IMG/VR virus record: IMGVR_UViG_3300037042_003932
Coordinates: 32,001-96,000 of that record
DNA length: 64,000 nt
Direction: 5' to 3' (one strand)
Source of the DNA: a virus
The position numbers were made by a program, and so were the translations under genes. Below the pieces are notes generated by a model that worked only from the letters and a program-made list of their open reading frames with translations, did not search any database and was not told the DNA's origin. Each line of letters opens with the position of its first letter. Position 1 is the stretch's first letter. Below are positions 1 to 9,680 of the stretch, in pieces.

Positions 1-302
1 TTTCCGCTCAAGCAGAGGTTGACTACTTTCTCGTACTCCGCGTTCTCGTTGTGGGGACACGTGTAGTCACCTTCTGAAGGAATCAGAACCTCACCTGAGT
101 TAATATCGTTACTACACCTGGGACACATGTCGTAGGGCTTCCAGATAACGAAAACTCGGGAAGCGTACTGCACACGGATTTGATCGGCTATTTGGTTCGC
201 TTCTGTCTTTGGTTGAACGAGGTTTCCCCCTTTGTTTCCACCAAAGACATTCGTGAACTCAAACTTCTGCGCTGACTCTACCTGAGACCTAAAGTCATCC
301 AT
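1..302 (-). CDS. Hypothetical Zn-finger protein (runs off window edge)
   Basis: My translation from the ATG at 302 gives MDDFRSQVESAQKFEF...DMCPRCSND...YTCPHNEN..., open to the window edge. It overlaps the portal stop codon. Not in the ORF track. Confidence 0.6.
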   Translation of the reverse strand, partial: MDDFRSQVESAQKFEFTNVFGGNKGGNLVQPKTEANQIADQIRVQYASRVFVIWKPYDMCPRCSNDINSGEVLIPSEGDYTCPHNENAEYEKVVNLCLSG

Positions 303-2034
303 TCATAGTTCCTTGTGCTGGGTCCTGTTGTAGCATCTGGGTATTCTGCAGCTTCAAGCGCTGCACCACGACAGAGTACAATATGAAATCTTCCATTTGC
401 AACTGGTGCAATCGACTCTTCTTGGCCCCGTACTCCATGCCTGAGAGCTCAGCCACAACCTGATCGGCGTTGGCTATGACCTGCTGCTGGTTATACGAAC
501 CCGGAGTTGTGTTGGCCTCTTGCTGAGATTGAGCTGCTGCAGCATTTTGCTGCTTCTGCATCTCCATCTGAATCTCATTACTGATACGTGAGCCACGAAG
601 AGTTTCATTCTTGATACGCTCCTCTTCGCGTTTTGGATCGATTTCAAAAATCTCACACATCGTCGTATCAGACAGCACTTGAGACCCTGTCTGCTTTCCA
701 GATTGCCACACGTTGTACATGAGTTGCTGTCTCTCAAAATCATCAACCATTCGGAACGGAGTGAGACCCAACTTCACTTTTTCCCAACCCAGGAACTCGG
801 CGCACTTGTCGTCCATCCACTGCATAAGGTCGACGATGTCAGCGATGTGTGTTGCGAGCTGGTTCTCGATCATGCGCAACGTGGCTTCCATACCTCGACC
901 AGTAAGACCGCCGTACAAGAACTCCATAGGGATACCGAGAGTTGCGACGATGCTCTTCTCAGCCTCTTGGATTTCACCCAGAGTCAGTAGAGCTCGTCCT
1001 TGCCCACCGAGCTGAACCATACCCACCGGGATAGGCGAGTACATGATATGGAGGGGATCTTTACGGTGTAACCGAATGTTGATGTCGAGTTCGTCGCGCC
1101 ACTTCGACAAGCTAATCTGCTGCACAGGGTCAGCAACCCCAGAAGCCTGAGAGGCGTGGAGAATCCTGAAAGGAACTAGGTAGTCCAACGCGATGGCTTC
1201 GTTAGCCTTACGCAGAATCTGTGTGAAATGGAACCGCTCGAGCGCCGCTAGGATCGGAGGAAGTCCCCACTGCGGATTGATGCCCGCAGGAGCACCCACC
1301 TTCATATGGAAGATTGCGTCACGTGCGAACTTGAAAGGCTTGTGCTCTTTGATTGCCTTCAAGAAGCCAATCGGCATGGTGTCGATGAGCATCTTGTGGC
1401 CTGAGTTCACACGCGAGACAATGGCAGACGGAATCTTGTAGTAGTAAGTTGACTCTCCGGTGAGTGGGTTATGGTCGATGTCGAGGTCCTTGGCGTCCCA
1501 TCGAATGAAATTGATTCCCTTACTCAGCAGGAGCTTCCGGTCCTCGATATTCTCTTCGCCGACTACGGCTCTTTTTTTGCACGAGTTGCATGTGTACGTG
1601 AACTTGAGGTGCGAAACGTCAAATGTGTACGTTGTGTTCTTGATATTCGACAGAGACGAACACGACGGGCACTTAAGGTAACGCACGAATGGTTGATACA
1701 TAGATATGAAAGCGTTACCATAAACGTACTTATCAAGAGAACACTTGATAAGGAATTCACGGACACGCAACGTCTTCTCAAGAAGGTCTTTGTGCTTGGT
1801 CTTGAGATGCTCGTTAACCGTCTCGTAAGTGATCTTCGTGATCGGGTATTCGCCAAACTTACGCAGAGCAGCAAAAATGTGAGGACTTTGGTAGAAGAGA
1901 TACTCACACCAGATAAAGAGCTCTTTTAGCCTCTTGGGCGTGTAGAGCTGCGAATACTGGTAGTACGGATTTGAATGAGTACCATCCATGCCCCCGTGAT
2001 AGGGGTCGAACAAACGCATTGTGTCAGTCGTCAT
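295..2034 (-). CDS. Probable phage portal protein with inserted zinc ribbon
   Basis: 579 aa with portal-like motifs (DKYVYGNAFIS, IFHMK...WGLPPILAAL, LGIPMEFLYG) and a Q-rich C-terminus. CPSC...CNSC insertion. GGAGG RBS. Confidence 0.7.
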   Translation of the reverse strand: MTTDTMRLFDPYHGGMDGTHSNPYYQYSQLYTPKRLKELFIWCEYLFYQSPHIFAALRKFGEYPITKITYETVNEHLKTKHKDLLEKTLRVREFLIKCSLDKYVYGNAFISMYQPFVRYLKCPSCSSLSNIKNTTYTFDVSHLKFTYTCNSCKKRAVVGEENIEDRKLLLSKGINFIRWDAKDLDIDHNPLTGESTYYYKIPSAIVSRVNSGHKMLIDTMPIGFLKAIKEHKPFKFARDAIFHMKVGAPAGINPQWGLPPILAALERFHFTQILRKANEAIALDYLVPFRILHASQASGVADPVQQISLSKWRDELDINIRLHRKDPLHIMYSPIPVGMVQLGGQGRALLTLGEIQEAEKSIVATLGIPMEFLYGGLTGRGMEATLRMIENQLATHIADIVDLMQWMDDKCAEFLGWEKVKLGLTPFRMVDDFERQQLMYNVWQSGKQTGSQVLSDTTMCEIFEIDPKREEERIKNETLRGSRISNEIQMEMQKQQNAAAAQSQQEANTTPGSYNQQQVIANADQVVAELSGMEYGAKKSRLHQLQMEDFILYSVVVQRLKLQNTQMLQQDPAQGTMNG

Positions 2035-2063
2035 AAGTCCTCCAGTCTCTGAAAGGATAGGAA

Positions 2064-4205
2064 ATGTGTAACAAAGTCAGACTCGTTAGAATTGGTACGA
2101 CGCCTGTCTTCTTAATTCCTGGAAGCAAAAATGACTCCTGGGTTCATGTGTTCGGGTGTCAGTTTGTCGAGCAACTTCGCGGTTGGGTCTGTCCTGCTTA
2201 CCGCCCATTTCTAGACAATGTAATACGAGATATCAGGACACTCAATGAAAATGTCCTAGATGAGAAAACAATTAGCAACGCGTATGAGCAAGCTCCGACC
2301 AAAGAGGACTGGCTCATCCGTCTATCGGACACGCCACCCCCCGGGAAGATCAAGAGTTACGCGCACCAAATAGAAGGAACAGCTGAACTTCTAGCTAACT
2401 ACAGGTGGTATCTCCGCTGGGAAATGGGGACAGGTAAGACGAAAGTTGCTGTTGACGCCCTCACCTATCTCAAAACCAAAACAATTGTTATCTGCCCTGT
2501 TATCGCAATTAACACATGGCACCGAGAAATAGCCCTTCACTCGAATGGTGAGCTGACGTCAACGGCTATAATAGGCACACCAAAGCAAAAACTGAAAAGG
2601 CTGACCGAAGCAAAAGAATTTGACGTCGTAATTATGTCCTACGACACGGCCCGGATGTACAGCGTCCCTAGCATCTGTTCCGAGGCTCAGAGCTTACGTA
2701 AGAAATCTCAGATGGGCACGACCCGAAGTCACGTGCGGGTACTCGACGCCATCGCTCTTCTTCATTCAAAAAAGGACCAAGAGGAACTCTTAGGGGCGTT
2801 CTATGCTGGGAAGGCTACTGCCGATGACGTTGAGAAAGCAGTGGACCGTCTTAACGGAGGAGTCATTCCTTTTTTGTCTGGTCTAACTTTCGAGACGATA
2901 ATCCTCGACGAGGCCCATCGAGTAAAGAACATACGAAGCCAACGGACCAAAGCTATCAGTGCTCTGTCCGCTCGGGCTTCGCGTAGATACCTCTTGTCTG
3001 GTACGCCCACCGTTGGAGACCCGCGAGACTTCTACACACAACTCCGAGTCCTCTTACCTGCTCTCATGCCCGAAGAGTGGCATAACTTTGTTCCTAAGTT
3101 TTGTGATGTCTCGAAGACCAATAAGCACATAGTTCGTGGTTACAAAAATATGCATGTCATTAACGGGAGAGTTAATTCTGTTTCTAGCGAACGAAGACTT
3201 ACCGAGTGCGTGTCACTGCCTCCTAGAACCGATATAAATGTTCACTATTCTTTAACGGGGAAGCAGCTGATGGATTATAACATCGCAATCCACGAGTGCT
3301 GCATACAGGTTGGCTTAGGGAAAGATTTGAAATTCAAGCATGGAGCTATCCGCTTAACCAAAATAATGCAGATGTGTAGCGGGTTTTACTATTTGCCAAG
3401 AGCAGCAACCGGAAACTATTGCGACGAGTGTGACCACCTGTTTGACTGCGTGTCTAGAAACATCGAACCCGGTACCAATAGATGTCTGAACGCAGAGGCC
3501 AAGATTGTTGATGTGTTCAAGTACAAAGAGAATCCGAAGCTGGAAGCGCTCGAAGACCTTTTGGAAGACATCCTAGAGGATGCAGAGCACAAGGTAATCA
3601 TCTGGGGTAACTACACCACGGAGCTCGATGACATCGAGGAGCTTCTTATCAAAATGGGGCACACGTATATCCGAGTAGACGGCACGAATACGCAGCACAT
3701 AAAGAAACACGAAGAACGATTCCAAACAGACCCAAAATGCCGTGTGTACCTCGGGCAGATACATACGGGAATTGCAGTCACGCTTACGGCAGCTAAGTAC
3801 TCTGTTTACTACAGCCGTGCATGGTCTATGGATGCTTGGGACCAGTCGAGGGGACGGAACTTCCGAATAGGCCAAACGCAAAAGACCATCGTGTACAGGC
3901 TGGTGGGAGTCCAGTCAGTTGAAAAGCAACAGCTCATCGCGTTGGATAATCGCCATGATATCGCTGAGATTTTGACAAAGAACGTAGAGTGCATGCTCTG
4001 TGAACAGTACGAAGACTGTTCGGCTAAAGGGATATCGCCTTGGTGTGAGGGGTGTGTCATGGCGGATAAGATGGAAAAGTACATGACTTGTCCAAAGGTT
4101 ATTCAACCTGGGGTAAATGAAACTCCATTAGCTGAATATCTTGAGGACAAACGTGATGCAGGCTATGGTAAACATGAGGAGCAAGACGATGCAGATAACA
4201 TTTAG
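2064..4205 (+). CDS. SNF2-family (SF2) helicase/ATPase
   Basis: EMGTGKT Walker A, ILDEAH, LSGTP, RVDG, QSRGRNFRIGQ motif VI. Confidence 0.9.
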   Translation: MCNKVRLVRIGTTPVFLIPGSKNDSWVHVFGCQFVEQLRGWVCPAYRPFLDNVIRDIRTLNENVLDEKTISNAYEQAPTKEDWLIRLSDTPPPGKIKSYAHQIEGTAELLANYRWYLRWEMGTGKTKVAVDALTYLKTKTIVICPVIAINTWHREIALHSNGELTSTAIIGTPKQKLKRLTEAKEFDVVIMSYDTARMYSVPSICSEAQSLRKKSQMGTTRSHVRVLDAIALLHSKKDQEELLGAFYAGKATADDVEKAVDRLNGGVIPFLSGLTFETIILDEAHRVKNIRSQRTKAISALSARASRRYLLSGTPTVGDPRDFYTQLRVLLPALMPEEWHNFVPKFCDVSKTNKHIVRGYKNMHVINGRVNSVSSERRLTECVSLPPRTDINVHYSLTGKQLMDYNIAIHECCIQVGLGKDLKFKHGAIRLTKIMQMCSGFYYLPRAATGNYCDECDHLFDCVSRNIEPGTNRCLNAEAKIVDVFKYKENPKLEALEDLLEDILEDAEHKVIIWGNYTTELDDIEELLIKMGHTYIRVDGTNTQHIKKHEERFQTDPKCRVYLGQIHTGIAVTLTAAKYSVYYSRAWSMDAWDQSRGRNFRIGQTQKTIVYRLVGVQSVEKQQLIALDNRHDIAEILTKNVECMLCEQYEDCSAKGISPWCEGCVMADKMEKYMTCPKVIQPGVNETPLAEYLEDKRDAGYGKHEEQDDADNI

Positions 4206-4626
4206 CCGGGAAGAATTCGTGGACATGTTGTCCGGGTTATGGGGGATACCACTAGGGGTCGATGACCTTGTACTCGACTTTGACGAAATGACTGGTGACG
4301 TAAAGACGTTCACTGTGAAGGGAATGACCTCCGCGTCCTTGGCGCGTGTTGGCGCTGTAACACAATCGGCAGCACCAACTCCGCAACGGGTAGAGAATCG
4401 AAAGTCGTCCAGTGTCTTTCCGAGTAGTGTCAAGGAAGATGAACCACGAGAGTCTGCTGACGACATCAATCTCGACGACGTTATCAGGTTGAGCCATGAA
4501 CTAGCGCTTCAAGGACAACCACGGTCAGACAAAAGTCCTGATAACAACCAGAACGAACTTCTTATGTACCCTGGAGCCAGCGATACGTTCCCGCTTGACT
4601 TCGCGAATCAAGTTCTCGGAAAATAG
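4189..4626 (+). CDS. Hypothetical protein
   Basis: ATG at 4189 preceded by GAGGAG. In frame with the 4141-4626 ORF and fills the gap between co-oriented genes. Confidence 0.6.
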   Translation: MQITFSREEFVDMLSGLWGIPLGVDDLVLDFDEMTGDVKTFTVKGMTSASLARVGAVTQSAAPTPQRVENRKSSSVFPSSVKEDEPRESADDINLDDVIRLSHELALQGQPRSDKSPDNNQNELLMYPGASDTFPLDFANQVLGK

Positions 4627-4655
4627 GCTATACGCCGTAAACTCAGGAGGAAAGC

Positions 4656-5525
4656 ATGTCTGAAGAAGACGATGTGAAAGAAACACGTGCGTCTGATCGT
4701 AAGTTCGAATATCCCGAAGGTTTCCTAGACCCCCTACTCCCCAAAGGCGTGATGTCTCCCTCGCAGGTCGGTATGTACCAGCGATGCCCTCGTCAGTACG
4801 AGTACAGGTACATCCTCGGTACCGTAGAGGCTCCTGGGATTTCCATGGTAAAGGGGACCGCTATCCACAAGGGAGCAGAGGTCACACACAGAAGGATGAT
4901 CGAGACTGGATCTCCACCGGATGTCAAGGAGTCTATGCAGGCAGTGGCCGACTGCTTCGCGGTTGAGTCGGTGTTCATTGAAAACTGGGAAGGGTTTGAC
5001 CCCGGCATTGTCAAAGACAAAGCGATCTACGGTTACGCGGCGTACCACCGCCAAGCAGTCCCCCTCATAAAGCCCGTTCACGCTGAGAAGACATTCGCCA
5101 TAAAGGTCGGGGGTGTTCCTGTCCGAGGGGTAATCGACCTCATCGATAGCGTTAAAGATACCGAAATGTCTCTGGAAAATGACCCAGAGAACCCCCGTAT
5201 GGTCGAGGTAGTTTCGGACTTAAAGACCACTACGAAGAAATGGCCGGAACAAAAAGTCCGTTACACGCATCAGTTAACCTTTTATGCTCTTGCAGAGGAC
5301 ACGAATAAGGTTAGAATCGATTTCTTAGTTGACCTTAAAGCAGGTCCTAAGTACGAACAAGAGCGATCTGAGCGAACATTACTCGATAAACAATTGCTGG
5401 CGGAAGACGTGGCCCAAGTGGCGGAACAGATCAAAAAAGGAAACTTCCCTAGGTGTGACCCCACGTCGTGGGCATGCACTGAAAAGTTCTGCGGGTATTC
5501 CAAAACATGTCGAGGACCAAGATGA
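4656..5525 (+). CDS. PD-(D/E)XK nuclease, Cas4/RecB(AddB)-like
   Basis: SPSQV...CPRQY, GTAIH, GVIDLID, SDLKT, QLTFYA, and a C-terminal Cys cluster. AGGAGG RBS. Confidence 0.85.
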   Translation: MSEEDDVKETRASDRKFEYPEGFLDPLLPKGVMSPSQVGMYQRCPRQYEYRYILGTVEAPGISMVKGTAIHKGAEVTHRRMIETGSPPDVKESMQAVADCFAVESVFIENWEGFDPGIVKDKAIYGYAAYHRQAVPLIKPVHAEKTFAIKVGGVPVRGVIDLIDSVKDTEMSLENDPENPRMVEVVSDLKTTTKKWPEQKVRYTHQLTFYALAEDTNKVRIDFLVDLKAGPKYEQERSERTLLDKQLLAEDVAQVAEQIKKGNFPRCDPTSWACTEKFCGYSKTCRGPR

Positions 5526-6727
5526 GCTATGCATATCTGTTGAACTTCAACCAAATGCCCCACAAAGAGTTCTGGCATCTCGTGAAGACTACGAACGCAG
5601 CCGCTAAGCTCTCGTTCCAGTTAGCCTGGGCTGACGTGGGAGCAGGTAAAGTTCTCTCAGAGAAAGAAGCCCAAAAGGCCCTCAACAACCTGTTCATCTA
5701 CTCGCACCAACGAATCCTTGAGAAGGGACTCGATAAGATTTTCCCCACGCAACAGCTGTACACTAACGCTCTGGTCTCAGTCGATGACATGTGGTGGGTG
5801 GACCACTATACGGCTGGCATCAATATGTGGTCCACACTGAATTGGTTCAGCTCGCGTAAAAAGGCAGATGGTAAATTCAACGGGGCGTCCACGCACTTCG
5901 TTCAGGACTATCATGGTGACCCCATGTACCTGATTTCTCTGCATAACGGCGCGTGGCATGAACCCCGGAAGAACAAGGACTCTATCGCCATCGAGATGGT
6001 TAACGCAGGCAAGATGTTCCGTAACGAGCAGGGTGAGTGGCGTTACTGGGCAAACGTGGTTCCACAGAATCTCATTGACGAGCTCCCTCCGGTAGCTATT
6101 ACGCCCCAGTATAAAGGTGCGTCGTACCTCCAGCCGTTCACTCTCGACCAAGTGGTCAACAACATCAAAATCAAGCGCCTCGTAAAGATGGCTCTCGGGG
6201 AGAGACTGTCGGCTATCCGGATGTCCCAGCACTCAGATTGGCGAGAGGGAAAGTCGGATATGGGTCCAATGTGGCCCTTTGCCGACTGTAATGGTGGGGT
6301 GTTCACTGCTGGGTCATACCCCGTTGACCAACTTTCGTTTATCCAAGACTTTGAGAACTCACCCCTCTCGAAGCCAGAGGTCATCCAGCAGCACTACGCC
6401 GTCGTTGAAGAGAACAACGGCAGTCCCGAATACGGCGTAAATTCTCCAACAAGCGATGACGACGAACCTGACTACCATAAACACGTTCTGTCTGTGGTAG
6501 AAGCAAGACCCAAGCTCGATGAACTTGGCTTTACGAGCAAGTCTAAGATCTACGATGCTCCGTTTAGGCAGTCCGTCGAGATGTTCCAAGCGGCCTGGAA
6601 TCATAGGAAGATGGACCTATATCCCGAGGAAGTCTTAGTTGTCGACGGGATTCTTGGTCCGAAAACAACCACAGCCTTGCTGGCTGCGTCGAAGCAGTAT
6701 GGCATCGACAACATCAACTGGAGGTAG
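5522..6727 (+). CDS. N-acetylmuramoyl-L-alanine amidase (Amidase_2) with C-terminal peptidoglycan-binding motif; putative endolysin
   Basis: VDHYTAG, ASTHFV, AWH, SIAIEMVN, SQHSD, then FQ...VVDGILGPKT. ATGA overlap with the upstream gene. Confidence 0.8.
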   Translation: MSYAYLLNFNQMPHKEFWHLVKTTNAAAKLSFQLAWADVGAGKVLSEKEAQKALNNLFIYSHQRILEKGLDKIFPTQQLYTNALVSVDDMWWVDHYTAGINMWSTLNWFSSRKKADGKFNGASTHFVQDYHGDPMYLISLHNGAWHEPRKNKDSIAIEMVNAGKMFRNEQGEWRYWANVVPQNLIDELPPVAITPQYKGASYLQPFTLDQVVNNIKIKRLVKMALGERLSAIRMSQHSDWREGKSDMGPMWPFADCNGGVFTAGSYPVDQLSFIQDFENSPLSKPEVIQQHYAVVEENNGSPEYGVNSPTSDDDEPDYHKHVLSVVEARPKLDELGFTSKSKIYDAPFRQSVEMFQAAWNHRKMDLYPEEVLVVDGILGPKTTTALLAASKQYGIDNINWR

Positions 6728-6728
6728 C

Positions 6729-7145
6729 ATGAATATCAAGGTTCCTACGAAGTGTTCGCGTTGTGGTCGGGTCAGTGAGACCGAACTCCCGCTTGAGGAG
6801 GTTAGCCACATCGTCGAGAACGAAGCGGCGCGTAAGAACGCTATCGAGGAGTTCACGAGAGCCGTGTTGGACACCACGGACGTACCGAATCTCCCTGACG
6901 TCATCATCATCCACAAGGACGCTGACGGCTCGTTGGTTATTGAGTCTCACGACAACCTGTGCTCTCTCGACGGCAAGCGCAACAAGGGCTGTAAGTCTCG
7001 TGTCAAGTACCTAATCGAGGACATCATGTTCAGGATCAAACATGAGAAGGTCGAAGAGACGGTGGAAAACGAGACTCCGAAGAAGAAACGGCGAACCAAG
7101 TCTGAGATGGAAGCTGCTAAAGTGGCGGCAGAAAAAGCAGAGTAA
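6729..7145 (+). CDS. Hypothetical protein (CxxC, basic C-terminus)
   Basis: ATG 1 nt after the amidase stop, preceded by GGAGG. CSRC...C...C. Confidence 0.6.
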   Translation: MNIKVPTKCSRCGRVSETELPLEEVSHIVENEAARKNAIEEFTRAVLDTTDVPNLPDVIIIHKDADGSLVIESHDNLCSLDGKRNKGCKSRVKYLIEDIMFRIKHEKVEETVENETPKKKRRTKSEMEAAKVAAEKAE

Positions 7146-7146
7146 C

Positions 7147-7311
7147 ATGGAGAAGTACGGAGTAGACGAAAAGATTGACCGTACAAAACTAGGTACAGAG
7201 GAGAGCGTCGAAAAAGAACGTTGTCCTTGGTGCCAGCGTGTTCTTGTTAATCCTAAGAAGATCGGTGGAATCCTGAAGTGCCCTATGCATGGGACGGAGC
7301 CCTTCGAATGA
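7147..7311 (+). CDS. Small Zn-finger protein (54 aa)
   Basis: MEKYGVD...CPWC...CPMH. Abuts both neighbours. Confidence 0.6.
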   Translation: MEKYGVDEKIDRTKLGTEESVEKERCPWCQRVLVNPKKIGGILKCPMHGTEPFE

Positions 7312-7538
7312 CACGAACACCTATCCGGAGAAAACGCGTTGACCCTGAGAAGACCATCCAGGCTATACGTGCTCTGTATATGACTGCGTACAACTCTGAG
7401 AAGAGTCTACTCTTGTGCTCGACCGAGCTATTTCATCTTTTGGGCGATATCCTAGAAGGCGTCCCGCCCGAAAGACTCAGCATGATTCATATAGACAAGT
7501 CAGAAGTGCTAGCAGAGTTAGCTGCCGCATCTGAATAA
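7308..7538 (+). CDS. Hypothetical protein
   Basis: ATGA overlap with the previous gene and a GGAG RBS. Confidence 0.55.
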   Translation: MTRTPIRRKRVDPEKTIQAIRALYMTAYNSEKSLLLCSTELFHLLGDILEGVPPERLSMIHIDKSEVLAELAAASE

Positions 7539-7566
7539 TGTACCCCAACAAAGTAGGAGCAAAGAC

Positions 7567-8574
7567 GTGGCTAAAACTGAATCGACAATCCCCACGGAAT
7601 CCGAGCAAGACGATATCTTGAGCTCTGTCATTCCTGTCGAGGCCGAGGTACAAGCCGAACAGCCCGACGACAAGAAGAAGAAAAAGGGAGCTAAGGTAGA
7701 GATGGCTAGCAGCGGGCTACAGAACACAAAGCTCGATATCAATTTGATTGATCTCCCAGAGCGCTGGAATCGTGACAAAGCTGGAGACCTCAAGAATCTC
7801 ACCCAGTCCATCAAGATAAAGGGACAGCTTGTTCCACTGGCCGTTCGCCCGAACCCTGAAAACCCCAAGAGGTACATCCTCGTTGACGGTCGTCGCCGGT
7901 ACATGTCGATGCTCGATCTCGGGATCAAAGAGGTCAATGTCTCTCTCGTCCTCGACGACAACGACGTAGACGCGTACATGACTTCCATGGCCACCAACCT
8001 GGCTCGCACCGGACACAACTGCGTCGAGATCGCAGAGTCATTCACGTACCTTACCCAGAGCGGGAAGAAGCAAAAAGACATCGCAGCGTCTTGCGGCTTG
8101 AGCGATGCCTACGTGTCGCAGCACCTCGGAATCTTGGATCTCCCCCCGGAAATCCTGAAGCTGGCACGTACCGAGAAGTTGAACTTCGCACACCTCCGCG
8201 TGTTCAAGAGTGTCTTCAACGACGAAGACATGTCTTTCTTCAACAAGCTGACCGACAGGGTTATCACGAATAACCTTCCTCCGGATAAGGCCGATGAGGC
8301 TGTGTCCCGGTACAAAGAGCGCAAGCGTGCCAAGGAAGAGGCAGCGGGTAAGAAGTCCAAGAAGACTGGTCGTCCTGCGAAGAAGGGCAAAGACCCTATG
8401 GACTACGATACCGTCGCTACCTCCATCAAACCGATCCCGAAGAAAGAAATCCTCGAGCTGCTCAAGGAGTATGCTGACAGGTACAAGGGTTCTGGTTCTA
8501 AGACCCGGACTGCGTACTACGAGGGTTTCCTTCACGGCGCAGAGACGGTTGGCGGAATCCGCGAGACAAAGTAA
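7567..8574 (+). CDS. parB: ParB/Spo0J-family DNA-binding protein
   Basis: LTQSIKIKGQLVPLAVR, LVDGRRRY (GxxR motif), NLAR, and HTH QKDIAASCGLSDAYVSQHL. Confidence 0.85.
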   Translation: MAKTESTIPTESEQDDILSSVIPVEAEVQAEQPDDKKKKKGAKVEMASSGLQNTKLDINLIDLPERWNRDKAGDLKNLTQSIKIKGQLVPLAVRPNPENPKRYILVDGRRRYMSMLDLGIKEVNVSLVLDDNDVDAYMTSMATNLARTGHNCVEIAESFTYLTQSGKKQKDIAASCGLSDAYVSQHLGILDLPPEILKLARTEKLNFAHLRVFKSVFNDEDMSFFNKLTDRVITNNLPPDKADEAVSRYKERKRAKEEAAGKKSKKTGRPAKKGKDPMDYDTVATSIKPIPKKEILELLKEYADRYKGSGSKTRTAYYEGFLHGAETVGGIRETK

Positions 8575-9591
8575 TCATCTTCTGACGAATCCCACCTGTT
8601 CGCTCATATCAAATAATTGACGCCGTAAATTCTTAAGAACAGATACCTTTATCTGTCGAACGCGCTCGACAGTAACTCCCGTAGTAGCTGCAAGCTGCGG
8701 AAGAGTTTTGGGATCTGTTTTCCGGTCGTCAGTGGCTATGTTGTAGTACTGCAAAAGGATGAACCTGTCTCTGGGTCGGATAGGCATAAGGTTTAGGACT
8801 TGACGAAGTAACTCGGCGCTGTCGTTGTTAATAGTCAAATCTTCAATTGTGTCGTCCGACTCAGGACGGTTCATCGCTTCTTCTATAGGGACTACACACG
8901 ACATCGTAGTGATCTCTTCAGCGTTAACCGCGATGAAGTCGTGTAGTCTTTTTCGCGCAGAGGGACACTTGGTTCGTAATGGGTTATCCGTTCGAAGACC
9001 GCAGAAAATACATTCGTACGACCCGAGCTTTTGATTCTTCTTTACGGCTTTTTGTTTGTGCGAAGGTACATGGACAATACCGCTCGCGTGCAATTCATCG
9101 AGCATCTCTTTACGTATCCACCACGATGCGTAGGTTAAGAACCTAGTCGACCGGGTCATGTCAAATTTGTCTAGAGCCAGCAAGAGACCGACGTTTCCTG
9201 CTGATATTAGCTTTTGGATTACTTCTGGTGACTTGGATAGCTTCTTAGCGGTTGTCACTACAAAGCGTAGATTAGTGACGATGAGTTCTTCTCTGGAGGC
9301 CATATCCCGAGTTGAACCGCATAGTGGACAGTAGACAGGAGGGATAAAACAGTCAAAACGTGTGTTACATTCGGTACAAGTAATGGCTTTACCTGTCACA
9401 CGTTTCGGCGTCGGTGTTCCGCATTTCGTGCAGTTATTTCGCTTAACTAAGTGCGGGAGTCGTTTATGGCATTTGGGACAACTCTTATACAAAACTAGAA
9501 GTTCACGTTCACGCTTAGGCGTAAGAACTTTATGTTTACCCACGTCTTCGTAGTAGGTTCTGAATGTTCGACTCTCAAAGAAACTGTCCAT
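8575..9591 (-). CDS. RpoD/RpoH-like sigma-70 factor with zinc-ribbon insertions
   Basis: Region 1.2-like YYEDVGKHKVLTPKRERELL. Region 2 REELIVTNLRFVV...GNVGLLLALDKFD...RFLTYASWWIR. Region 4 TLPQLAATTGVTVERVRQI. Confidence 0.9.
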   Translation of the reverse strand: MDSFFESRTFRTYYEDVGKHKVLTPKRERELLVLYKSCPKCHKRLPHLVKRNNCTKCGTPTPKRVTGKAITCTECNTRFDCFIPPVYCPLCGSTRDMASREELIVTNLRFVVTTAKKLSKSPEVIQKLISAGNVGLLLALDKFDMTRSTRFLTYASWWIRKEMLDELHASGIVHVPSHKQKAVKKNQKLGSYECIFCGLRTDNPLRTKCPSARKRLHDFIAVNAEEITTMSCVVPIEEAMNRPESDDTIEDLTINNDSAELLRQVLNLMPIRPRDRFILLQYYNIATDDRKTDPKTLPQLAATTGVTVERVRQIKVSVLKNLRRQLFDMSEQVGFVRR

Positions 9592-9625
9592 GATTTTCTC
9601 CTTAGTGTTTAGTGGTCGAAAGCGG

Positions 9626-9654
9626 TGGACAACGCAACGTGTGCAAGGTAGGCT
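9626..9654 (+). promoter_or_regulatory. Candidate sigma70-type promoter for the SSB-like gene
   Basis: TGGACA (9626-9631), 17 bp spacer, TAGGCT (9649-9654). AAGGAG RBS and ATG at 9681 follow. Confidence 0.5.
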
Positions 9655-9680
9655 TTATGCCTTCTGCAAGGAGAACAACA

